In this document: piece by piece, positions 1 through 10,416 of the stretch | Position numbering within the stretch: the first letter of the stretch is position 1 | Layout: the number at the start of each line of letters is the position of its first letter | Source: Dudresnaya verticillata | Lineage: Eukaryota | NCBI GenBank assembly: GCA_977862235.1 | Contig: OZ374560.1 | Coordinates: forward strand, 868,001 to 932,000 | DNA: 64,000 nt | Direction of reading: 5' to 3' | The notes under the pieces: generated by a model | What the model saw: only the letters and a program-made list of their open reading frames with translations | Databases searched by the model: none | What the model was told of the DNA's origin: nothing | Translations under genes and position numbers: made by a program

Positions 1-1
1 C

Positions 2-1765
2 GTCGCTGTACCTGGATCTCGATCGGGTTCCGGCAGCAGCCACCCTAGGAGAACCTTTGATTCAGAAACGTATGCTCTGTTTGGCGATGACAACCTTGTT
101 GACATCCCTGAAGCAGATGAGGACGTTGGCGCAGAAACATCAGCACCAACATCACCATCTTCAAATCGGTCTGGGAAGCGGCGGGGGGGCCACCAAGCGA
201 AAGGAACAGACGCGCCCCGAGAAGAGTTGTTAGCGCGAGATAGACCAGACCGAAACGAAACGGCATGGAATGGCGGCGGTGGCGGCGGATTGAACATAAC
301 TCCGGAATTCGTTGCTGCAGACCAAGCTGCAATGCTGCATATCAAGCGACCCTCGGATATGTCCAACGGCTCAAGCGGGAAGGATGCAGCCAACGACCGT
401 CTTTCCAAGATTGATGTGTGGAGCATTGGCTGGTTGCTGTATTACATGACCACGGGCAAGCACCCACCGCGAGACTCTTGGGCTCGGCTGTCGATGACTG
501 ACTTGAAGGAATTGCGCAACGTGCCCACTGAGCTGCGGGAAATTATTGAGATGTGCATTCAACGAGATGTCAACCAACGCGCATGTATGCGCGACGTGAA
601 GAGGCAGATTGACAGCATTCTGCAAGGGCTGATGTTTGCAAAGGGATTGGCGCTGCTGGAGACTGAGCGTGAAGCAGCCTTTGTGCTTCTCGACAAGGCT
701 GTGGGCATCCGGTCGACTCGTACTCGCGGCGTGGCAAGATCTCGTGCGACTTCAACATCAGCGTCCATTTCCGGGGGCGTGGGTGGAGGTTCTGAGGGTC
801 GCTCGTTGGAAGGGCCATTACACAACAGTGGAGGCTTGGACCAGCTGTCGGAACGGCAAGTATTCGGGCTAAACCAAAAGACGCGGATGGCCCTTGCGTG
901 CTTGCCTCTTCCCGTTGTGCGGCGTGTAGAGTGGGAAGCAGCTGCGAGATATATGAAGCGGTCGGAGGAAGAACTTGTGCTGTTGCGGAAAGCGCTTGTG
1001 AACGAACGGTGGAGCCGGTCAGACGTGGTGAACGGAGAAGCAGCTGTGGCATACCTTGAGCGACGAAGCAAGGAGGGCGTTGCGTCGGCGCAATCTGCGC
1101 TGGGTTGGATACACCGTTCGGGAGCAGGAGGGATTCGAAAAGACGTGAACGAAGCAGTACGGCTCTGGGAACAGGCCGAGAGTCTCGGCGACGCAGAAGC
1201 TGCCAATGGGTTAGGGTTAGTGTATCATCACGGTCGCGAGGGTCTGAAAGCAGATGGCGAGAAGGCGAAGCGATATTACGAACGTGCGGTGGAAATGGGG
1301 TCGGTATCTGCAGCAGTTAATCTTGGAGTAATGCTGCACAACGGAGCGGCGGGTACGCGAGTGGACGGCGTGGCTGCAAGGCGTCTGTATGAAATGGCGG
1401 TGAAGGGCGGAGACGCGCTCGCTGCAAACAACCTCGGGCTGCTACTGCAGCATGGCGGGCGCGGCGTGCCGCGCAACGCAGCGCGTGGAGTGGAGATGTA
1501 CGAGCTGGCCATCGGGCGCGGCGAGCGACACCACGCTTGTCGCAACCTGGCAGAGCTGCTTTGGGACGGAGCGGACGGCGTGCCGCGCAGCCGCGCCAAC
1601 GCTGTGGAATACTTTCGACAGGCTGTGGAATGCGGCGATACGACGTCGAAGCGCGTGGCCAAGGACAAGCTGCAAAGGCTCGTCGAGAGGGCCGAGCGAA
1701 GTGGTGTCGAGGGCGTCGACCGCGTGCTCTTGGACCGGTGTTGGGGCCTGCTTGAGAAGAGCTGA
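2..1765 (+). CDS. Protein kinase (C-lobe) fused to Sel1-like repeats; 5' end lies outside the window
   Basis: Frame is open from base 2 to TGA at 1765. Kinase subdomains VIII-XI: ITPEF, KIDVWSIGWLLYYMTTGKHP, ELREIIEMCIQRDVNQR. About six Sel1 repeats follow, e.g. AQSALGWIHRSG..., AANGLGLVYHHG..., AAVNLGVMLHNG..., AANNLGLLLQHG..., ACRNLAELLWDG. Confidence 0.85.
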   Translation, partial: VAVPGSRSGSGSSHPRRTFDSETYALFGDDNLVDIPEADEDVGAETSAPTSPSSNRSGKRRGGHQAKGTDAPREELLARDRPDRNETAWNGGGGGGLNITPEFVAADQAAMLHIKRPSDMSNGSSGKDAANDRLSKIDVWSIGWLLYYMTTGKHPPRDSWARLSMTDLKELRNVPTELREIIEMCIQRDVNQRACMRDVKRQIDSILQGLMFAKGLALLETEREAAFVLLDKAVGIRSTRTRGVARSRATSTSASISGGVGGGSEGRSLEGPLHNSGGLDQLSERQVFGLNQKTRMALACLPLPVVRRVEWEAAARYMKRSEEELVLLRKALVNERWSRSDVVNGEAAVAYLERRSKEGVASAQSALGWIHRSGAGGIRKDVNEAVRLWEQAESLGDAEAANGLGLVYHHGREGLKADGEKAKRYYERAVEMGSVSAAVNLGVMLHNGAAGTRVDGVAARRLYEMAVKGGDALAANNLGLLLQHGGRGVPRNAARGVEMYELAIGRGERHHACRNLAELLWDGADGVPRSRANAVEYFRQAVECGDTTSKRVAKDKLQRLVERAERSGVEGVDRVLLDRCWGLLEKS

Positions 1766-1804
1766 GAGCAGAGCATTTGGTGTAGATTTCTTGCCGTCTC
1801 GCTT

Positions 1805-1840
1805 TCTCTCTCTCTCTCTCTCTCGCTCGCTCGCTCTCTC
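1805..1840. repeat. (TC)n/(GCTC)n microsatellite downstream of the kinase-Sel1 gene
   Basis: tctctctctctctctctctcgctcgctcgctctctc read directly. Confidence 0.9.
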
Positions 1841-2618
1841 TTCCTCGCTTTTTGTTTTGGAATCGTCTCGTCGGGTTCGCGGCGTGGTGATGGGTATGGT
1901 AATAAAGGAGTTTGTACTTTGTAAGGTTATATAACTGCTGTTTGGGGCTGCACTTTGCATCGCGAGGGACGGTGCAGGCGAGATACACTCGAGAGCGCAT
2001 GCGCAAAACAAATCAACGCTGCGAGAGCCGCAATTGCAGCGGACCACTCAGGCGCTCAGAAGCGCGCAGTCTCAAGCCGCCCGCATCTTGCAATGCATCT
2101 TGCTACTACATCGTCTACAACTTGTACTGTACTGTAACATTTCTACCGTACTATCCATCCGCCAGCCTGTCGCAACCTGCACGGCCCCACCGACTCACAG
2201 CCCCACCACCAACCGGCTAGCGCCTCCGTGCCGCACAAGCCCGCACCCAAGCAGATACAGCTAGAGATTGATACAACGCCATCTAGAGTATGCGCCTCGT
2301 CTGGTGACTGGGAACGCTGATGGCGTCGTTAAGAATGGCCTCTCCGTGGAAGAGAGCCGACTTTCAAACTTTCATACTTTCTACCTTTTGAATAGGTGCG
2401 TCTAGTTCCCGTTCTCGCTCCTTGCTGCAATTCAGAGTTTGCGCGTCCTCGACCTCGTCTTCACGTGCACTTGAACGGCGGGCGGGACGAGTTGAGTTGA
2501 GTTCACCGTTCACAGAGGCATTTCAAGCGGCCCCACAAACCCAGCAGGAAATTCGAGTCGTTGAGCGAGAAAATTGGTATACATCCAGAAGTTTCCCATG
2601 ACCACAACCCGATGACCA

Positions 2619-2658
2619 CAACTCGCAGGCACAGCCCGCAACTCGCAGGCACAGCCCG
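2619..2658. repeat. Perfect 20-nt tandem duplication
   Basis: caactcgcaggcacagcccg x2. Confidence 0.85.
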
Positions 2659-2889
2659 CACTTCCCCTGCCCAAGTGCCCCATGCAACAACGATTCAAGT
2701 GACTGCACTCAAGGCCGTATCCTGTACGCAGCAACAGCTTACCACTAACTTGCGGCGATCCTCTCAAGCTCTCACTACAACCACTTTATGAGAAGCGCAA
2801 GTCAAGACCAAACCCGGCGAGAGGCCAGCATCAAGGCTCGTCGACACACAGAAGTAGCGGCAGACACCCTGCACCGTTTCACGGCCGGG

Positions 2890-2977
2890 GGCAGGAGTGG
2901 CTCGCTACTCCAATGAAACCGACATCATGCTGTTTGGCATGATGTCGGTTTCATTGGAGTAGCGAGCCACTCCTGCC
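2890..2977. repeat. Perfect 41-bp inverted repeat with 6-nt loop (hairpin/cruciform; possible hairpin-RNA precursor)
   Basis: 2890-2930 is the exact reverse complement of 2937-2977; loop tgtttg. Confidence 0.95.
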
Positions 2978-3504
2978 AAACAGTTCGTAGAGTTTCATGG
3001 CAGCGAAAAACGGCTGGTCAGGTAAGGTGCAGGACCACACCAGGTCGCGCATGGGGGCGGCGCTAGTGCAATGCATGGGCGCGGCGGTCGCCCAGCGCGA
3101 CCAACAGGGAATCTTGGGCAAGTCAGATGAATAATTGGCGACGCATGTTTACGGAAAAAAAGAGAAGCCAAGTGATGCTTCCGAAGGTCCCAATTGAGGA
3201 TGGGTGGTTGTGTGATGGTACAAGCCGAGTTGGACGATGACGGCGTGAGCAAGTGGTAGGCAGCTCCGTTTCGTCGTCTACGGCATGGGTTGGAGTGATG
3301 GCAATGCTACGCCGCAAAAGGGAGCTTGGTGCGCAACCTTGTTCGTGGCGAGCTTCGTTGCCAGCTGGAAAAGGGAAAAGGAAAGAGAGAAAGGACACTA
3401 GTGCGGACACCAGACGCTTTGGCTTATTGACCAATGCGAATGCCTGCAAGCACAGGCACAAGGTTTCTCCAGCCCTTCAAGGTCTAGAGAAACAGCGACG
3501 TGTG

Positions 3505-3881
3505 TTAAACATTCGCATCTAACAACGGACGGCGCTCGTCTTGCCCCCCACCAAGCGATCGCAGATACATTGCAAGCTTGTCCACCTTGCGCCACACGGC
3601 ATCCAGCAGCTCCTGCCATGCATGCACAAGCTTTGCCCAAACGCCCTGCGGCGACGCCGCACCAGGCGCCGCGGCGAGACCAAGATGGTCCTGCGCAACC
3701 TTGGCAAGTGCAGCGGGGGGGAGATCGACGCCGGAGACCGCCTGCGAGCCGAGTTGAGCAGCTGCGGGGGGAAGATCGGAAGCACTCTGTTGGTGGTGCT
3801 TCGCGGCGACGGTAGCGGTGGTGGTCGCGGCGACGGTAGCGGTGGTTGTCGCGGCGACGGTGGTGGTGGTGGTGGTGGCGG

Positions 3882-3912
<31 letters not shown>

Positions 3913-4188
3913 TTTCGCGGCCTCCGCGATTTGGTCCGCGGCGGCAGCTTGCGTGGCGCGGTGTGCCTGCTGCTCGGCGGCGAGCGCGGCCTCGGCGGAC
4001 GAGCGTGCGGCTTCGGCGGACAAGCGCGCGGCTTCGGACGACGAGCACGCTGCCTCGGCCGCGGACAGACGCTCCAGCAGCTTCTCGTTGACCTGGCGCA
4101 GCATGGCCTCGGTCTCGGTTGGGGCGGCGGCCGGCCCGGCCGGCTGGCGCGCGCTCTGCGACTGCTGTCGGCGCTTGGACCTGGCCAT
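3505..4188 (-). CDS. Hypothetical 227-aa Ala-rich coiled-coil protein
   Basis: ATG at 4188 (ACCATGG context) begins MARSKRRQQ. Coiled-coil-like MLRQVNEKLLERLSAAEAA..., Ala/Thr low-complexity tract and amphipathic C-terminus (WAKLVHAWQELLDAVWRKV). The upstream extension of the track ORF is repeat-derived. Confidence 0.65.
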
Positions 4189-4199
4189 GGTGGTAGCGG

Positions 4200-4550
4200 G
4201 CGGGTTGGGTGGGTGAGTGGGGGAGCGGGCGTGCGGGGCGAGGCGGGGCGGGGCGGGGCGAGGCGGGCGGGCGGGCGGGGCGGGGCGGGGCGGGCGGGGA
4301 GAAGCGAGGCGGGGCGAAGCGAGGCGGGGCGAAGCGAAGCGAGGCGGGCGGGCTGAGCGGGGCGGGCTTGGCGAAGCGAGGCGGGGTGAAGCGAGGCGGG
4401 GCGAAGCGAGGCGGGGCGAAGCGAGGCGGGGCGAAGCGAGGTGGGCGGGGTGAAGCGGGCGGGGTGGGGCGGGGTGGGGTGGGGTGGGGTGAGGCGGGCG
4501 GGGTGGGGCGGGGTGGGGTGGACGGGGTGAGGCGGGCGGGGTCGGGCGGG
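4200..4550. repeat. G-rich tandem/low-complexity repeat (GCGAAGCGAGGCGGG-type 15-mer and GGGGC/GGGGT runs) upstream of the 3505-4188 gene
   Basis: Repeated gcgaagcgaggcggg units at ~4303-4440, flanked by G-run repeats. Confidence 0.85.
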
Positions 4551-7500
4551 TTTTAGATGCGGACGAGAGAGAGAGCAAAGTGAATCGGGAGGTGGGTCGC
4601 ATTCGGACGCGGCTGGGCTCGGTGAGCGCGGATGTGGTGCAATTCACGCGGTGCCGCGGCAGATACCATCCGGGCGGCAGGATGGGGACGCGTGTCGCAA
4701 GTGCGAGCGGTGGCGAGGCCTGTTTTTCGAATAAACCTATAAATATCGCGGCTGTGCGGGTGTTGGTAGGTGTTTGCGCGGCGTTGTATTGGGCACGCGA
4801 ATGCTTGCGTGGAGCTCCCGTGGGCGTCGATCGACCGAAGCTGTCGGCTTGCAGGGCGGCGTTGCTGACAATGTGGTCTCTCACAGCGCTGGGAGGCGCT
4901 TGTCGTGTGCAATATCTGCAATTCGGGATGGCTTGCAGCGCATCCTTCGCTTGTTGGCTTTCGACGCATGTGTAATACGCCTGGTGTTTCTTCGAATTGA
5001 AGAGGGGAAGAACTGTATGTCGTAGCGGGAGGCGGGGTGGGTAACCCATCTTCATTTCAGATCCGCAACCTCTGCATTGCTTCGGCCTCCCCGAGAACGA
5101 ACAAGTAAACCACGAAGATCATCACTCGCACGTTGAGGAACAGAGTGATGCGCTTTGTTGTTGACTTGTTCGGTCTCGGGGTGCCAAAGCGTCGCTCGAC
5201 AAATTGATACTCATGCAGTACGACTCTGTATTGAAGGTAGAAGAAGCAAAATTTGAATGCAAGATTTCCCGATTCTGCGCTGCGCATCTTACACGTTATA
5301 ATTGGCGTGACCATGTTGACATAATCCTTCTTCATCTCGCCGTGACAAGCTCGTACTCACCAACAACTGCACTGCCATTGGCTGATCTCGCCCCTCGTCC
5401 AATCTGTCTGTTGACTTAGCGCTACCGAATGTCACGCTGTGTAAACTTTGAGGTACTGTTGTGATAACTGCGCAACCGCCTCATCGAGAGCACCCTTATT
5501 ACGCTGTTGACCAAACAGCACGTGAACATAGTATTTGCTCTATGTCAGCATAAACAATAGTCGTAACGGCTTGGCCGGAAATTAGCAACAGTCTTTTTAC
5601 GTCTTATTGTTTCCCCGATTCCGCAGAAAGCCTTGTCAACACATCGTGTCGTTGAAGCCAAGCTGGAGACGAGCTTGACGAGAATCCCCACATCACCCTG
5701 CAAAGCCAAGCATCCGCAGTGTACCCAAATCATCCCACAAATCCGCACTGGCGTTACAGAGGCGCCAACGCAAGCCTGCAATAACCTTCCCCTTGAATAT
5801 ACAAGCCTCGCCCGATTACACCTACCGCCCTCGCAATCGAAGCACACGCTGCGCAACCGCGGTTGCGCGGCACGCAGTCCCAACAGCCGCAAGCTGGCGT
5901 GCGCAGCGCTGTGGATAGGCCAAGGAGGAGTCGCCCAGCGCGCACCGCAGCGCCAGCTAGCGTAGCGCGGCCCCGCCCCCGGCCCTGCCCAAGCGCGTGA
6001 GCGTCGTGCCGCCAGGCGCACGCTCAAGAGCGCCGCGGCGGCTACAGCGCCGGTCCGCTTCGCGTCGCGCGCGCACGTCTTGCTGTTCTATCTTACCGGC
6101 GGCGCGCTCGGGCGGTTGGCTGGTCGCGCGTGTGCATCGTGACGCTGGCGTCTGGTGACAACGTCGCGCTCCGCGGCTTGGTCGGCGCGCGGCTGCGGCG
6201 TTGTTTGGGGGGCAGGACGCGTGAAGAGGGTGTGCGCGCCGACTTGTGGTCTCATGCAGTAACTGTACCACTTCAGCCGTGGGCTGTACAGCAGCGGCTT
6301 CGGGCGTCGCGACGCAATGAAGGCTGTACACGTGGCCTGCCGGTACGTGGGGGCCAGGGTCGTGATCCACGGCGCGGATGATCCACTTGTTGTTCGCTTG
6401 GCGGCGGCGGAACAGAAGCATGTTACGACGCTTGCCCTGTGATAGTTGATGCTTGCGCTCGCTTTCGCCGTCTGTTTTTCTACCGCTTGTGCACAACTTG
6501 GCGTGGGGTGCTCATGGTTTCAACGGGCTCGCACGAGCAAGGCCAGGCTTTTAGCTTGGCCTTGTTCGTGCGAGCCCGTTGTATTCATTCAGGACACGCG
6601 GGGAAACGGCGCGGCGCCGGGCACATGCGTCCGATCAACATTGCGGAGCTACTGTACTCAGCAAAAAGCTGCAGTAGTCGGGAGACTCCCGCGAAGAACA
6701 GTGCAGAGATGCAGGCCTCACAGCGCTGCACCTTGATGAGACACCTCTGGTAGGGGCATTTTGCCGACTTGCGAGCCCTTGCAACGTTCGTATGTGGGAG
6801 CCCCCATAGCAACATGGTGCCGTTTACCGACGCGCACATCGACAGCAACCGCCATGCGTGGCACGGTATGAAACGCCATCGACATGCCAACTATTGTTTG
6901 CAGATGGGTCATCAACAATTACGGCAACTCGGCCGTACCGCACCCGGCCTACAGTACCTCTGCTGAGCTCTTTCGTAACTCCTTCCTTCTCATTTGCGCC
7001 CCGCCGAATGAACCGCTACACCGCTCCGCACGTTCTGTGCAACGCATGATGACCTGAACAGAGGGGTACAGGTACGGGGGGTACCGTAAAGACCGCGACA
7101 GGGGCAACACCGAGGCCGACGCCGCGCCCAAAGGCGCGGGAATAGTGACGCCGCTTTACGCGCACGGTCTGAAACGGGACGCAGAAGAAAAAAGAAAAAA
7201 ACGGTTTCGAGAAAGCAAGGAGCGCGTCTCGAGACAGAGCGCAGCCCGTTGACCGTTCCGTCCCGCCCCGCGCGGCCTTCAGCGCACCGATGCGCAGCCG
7301 AGCGCCAACGCTGGCGGCCGCCACTGCCATGCTCCAGCAACGGGGGAGATGGAAGCAAGCGCGCGCGCGCGTTCCCGCGCCGCGAGAACGTCCTCCCTGG
7401 CGGCTGCTGCGCCGGCCACTGTGTCGTCGTCCCGTGCAGTGCAGGCGTGCGCGGTTTGCGCGCGGAGCGGCGCGGCTGACACCCAGCGCTGCTTGCTTGC

Positions 7501-8367
7501 AGGGCTCGGGCGCTGCAATGGCTGCTGCAGCGCACGTTTGCGCAGCGGAAGCGTCGCCGCTTCGACGAGGGGCGCGTTGGCGCAACCGCCTTGAGCTTTT
7601 AAACGTTGTTCTCAACGGCGCCTTGGTGACGGCTCTTGCGAGCGAGACTGGAGATGGTGCGGCGCCGCGGACTGTAACGAGTCGCGGTGCTGGGGCGGTT
7701 ATATACAGCAGAGCGCGCTCATAGCTGTTGGAGAGTGGCTACTGTACCAAGCCAGGCTGCGCAGCTTGTGCTTGTCCAGCCGGGCAGGAGGCTGGGCGGG
7801 TGAACGTTGTGCATGAGCTGTCACAGCCTTGTGCCCGCTTGCAGGCAAACGGGTCTGAACGCGGGCTGCGCAGCAAGCGCGGCGGTGAGACGATGTTCGC
7901 CGCGACTGGGACGCGGCAGCAGTCGGGCGCGGAACAGCGCGCTCTGCGTGGGGCTGGCGCGGTCCACCGCGCTCAATTCAGCCGCGCGGCGCGAAACACG
8001 GCAAGCCGCAGCAGCAGATCACTTGCCGCGCTCTCAGCAAACGCCTCGACGCCGCGTGCGCGCGCCGTCTGACGTGGCACCGTGAGCACACAACGCGCGC
8101 GCTCCGTGTCGTGCCCGCCCCGCGCACAGTCTCCCGCGCGCCGCCCGTCTAAGCGTCGCCGAACCGGTTCCGACAGTTCCGTTCGCAGCCATGGGCCGTG
8201 CCCGCCTGGCTGGCCTGCTCACACCCCCCGACGCCGCACCCCTCCATTTACAAGCGCGCCCGCAGACGCCACTTGCACGCATCCACCCGCCCCTCGCCCC
8301 CGCTCTCCCCAACACCCACGCGCACAACACGCAACGCCCCCACAACGCCCCAACCAAGAAGACGCCG

Positions 8368-9111
8368 ATGCAGATGACGACGACTCCTCCGCGCGCATTT
8401 TCGCGCCGGCTGCTGCTACCAGCGCTGCCGCTGCTGCTACTTGCCCTTGCGCTCCTGGCCCGACCGACCGCGGCGCACCCGCCGGGCGAGCTGGACGGCT
8501 TCCTAGCGTGCCGCTGCGTGCGGCGCGCGGCGCGCGGACGGCGCTGCGCGCCGTACCTGCGGTACCACCTACCGGCGTGCGTGAGCGCGCCGCTGGACCC
8601 CTCCAGGCAGTGCCTGGCGGTGTGCTGCGCCGCGTGCGCGGGGCACGGGCGCGGGTGGGGCGTGTGCCGGACGGCGGCCGTGGCGCGGCTGTGCGCGGTG
8701 GGGCCGCACCCGGAGGACGGGGGGCACGAGGAGGGCGAGGGGGGCGAGTGGGACGGGGCGGAGTCGCCGCAGCCCGAGCAGAGCGGCGAGGCGGGGACGG
8801 CGTCGGCCGAGCCCGAGGCGGAGACGCCGTCGCCGGAGCCCGAGGCGTCGCTGGGCGCGCTCCCCACGCCCGACTTCAACCTGTCGCCAGCCGGCGGGCG
8901 CGCGTTCCCGCCCGCGGCGTGCGAGTGCGTGGTCAGGGGTGTGCGGTGTGACCGCACGATTGCGCTGGCGAGCGGCGTGTGTGCGGCCGGTGTTGAGCCG
9001 GAGGCGCAGAGCGAGGATTGCAGGTTTGCTTGCTGCAGGTTGTGTGTGGTCAACGAGTTTATTGACTACTGCAAGAATGAGGTGGTGAGAAGGATTTGCG
9101 GGATGTGGTGA
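8368..9111 (+). CDS. Secreted cysteine-rich protein with two 10-Cys modules separated by an acidic Pro/Glu linker
   Basis: Signal-peptide-like RRLLLPALPLLLLALALLARPTAA. Two modules with pattern CxC..C..C..Cx3CCx2C..Cx8C. Confidence 0.8.
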   Translation: MQMTTTPPRAFSRRLLLPALPLLLLALALLARPTAAHPPGELDGFLACRCVRRAARGRRCAPYLRYHLPACVSAPLDPSRQCLAVCCAACAGHGRGWGVCRTAAVARLCAVGPHPEDGGHEEGEGGEWDGAESPQPEQSGEAGTASAEPEAETPSPEPEASLGALPTPDFNLSPAGGRAFPPAACECVVRGVRCDRTIALASGVCAAGVEPEAQSEDCRFACCRLCVVNEFIDYCKNEVVRRICGMW

Positions 9112-9292
9112 GCGCGCTCGCGGAGCGCGCGAAGATGCGAGGATGTAAAGTTGGGTGTACATAGCGCTTTGTATTGCTATTGCTGTTGCTTGCCGCGCTG
9201 CCTTCTGTGCCCTGGAGTTTGTCCGCGCGCGTCCTACCCACCGACTGTAGCCTGCGGTTAGGGGCCGTGGGTGAGAGAGCGTCTAACGTTGC

Positions 9293-9314
9293 GCTAGCTA
9301 GCTAGCTAGCTAGC
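9293..9314. repeat. (GCTA)n self-complementary microsatellite
   Basis: gctagctagctagctagctagc. Confidence 0.85.
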
Positions 9315-10416
9315 GTGGCGGAGGGGCGGCGATGTCAAGTTGCGTGCATGGCGCGCCACCACGCGACTGGGCCGCGGAAGGTCCACGACGCCGCAGAGCA
9401 CAACGCTGCCGCAGACGGCGGTGCGGTATAATTGGCGGGAGGTACCGCGGGAACACGCAGGCGGGCAAATTCAGGGCAACCTCATGCAAGGGTCCGCTCT
9501 TTTCCGCACTTCGTTGATCCGCATCACGACAGCTCGTACGTACTGTAAGACACGCGGAAACAACTTTGGATCAACCGCTTTCCCGACGATCGGCTCAGAC
9601 CCGCGCATATTACAGCGCAGGCGCTTACAGTCGTTGGTGTGCCATCATTTACAGTACCCATTACAGAATCACTGGGCCGAGAAGGTGCCTGCCGCTTCCG
9701 GAAAAATCTCAAGGGTACTGGGCCCGGCTGGCGCTAGGCGGCGGTTAGGTTGCAGAAGAATCTGCGGAGCACCGCCCCGCGCGCCCTTCTGCCGGGCCGA
9801 CAAGTCCTCGCCGTAGTATTTCAGAGCACAGTACCCTCACCCTACCGTGCACTCTGCCTGTACCCAGTACAAGTTGGAATCCAGCTTCTTCGGTTGCAAC
9901 GCTCTGGTGTGGAAACGGCCGACACCCGTCTTGCGGATGACGCCCGCGCGGAGTGCAGAAGTGCGCTTTGCAACCAGAGCCCTCGCAGCTGATACAATTG
10001 TATGTAGGTAATGAACCGTGCTTGCGCTCGAGGTTGGGCCGCGCGCCACGCACTTTGCAGCATGTTGAGCGTACCGGATGCAACGCAATAAAGAGGTGCG
10101 CGGCGATATTCGGCAACGTTATGAGACACGCAAACGTACACGCTCAGCACGCTTTGTCCGAGCCAAGCAACTCTGCGAGAAAAAATACCCAACTTTCTTT
10201 TTTCTGTTTGGTTTGTGCAAGTTCACAGACGCTGGTCACACTGCCGCAGGGGGGCACGCAGGAGAAGGGCAGCGAGCGGAGAAATGCGAGTCTCAAGCTG
10301 ATTTGACGGGCCAAAACGCAGAGAGAGGCGGCATCTGCCAGACATCGCGCTGGAAATTCATTGGTCGTTGGCCATTGTGGGCGCTCAGCGAGGGCCATGT
10401 TTTCCGCGCCTGCACT

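Noticed and set aside
4189..5055. N-terminal extension of the 516-aa track ORF (RLASP repeats)
   Set aside because: It is a translation of the G/C-rich repeat; the ATG at 4188 in good context is the more plausible start
5050..8200. Numerous 60-200 aa ORFs, including a signal-peptide-like one at 6446-6736
   Set aside because: No recognisable motifs or consistent codon bias; expected by chance in GC-rich DNA
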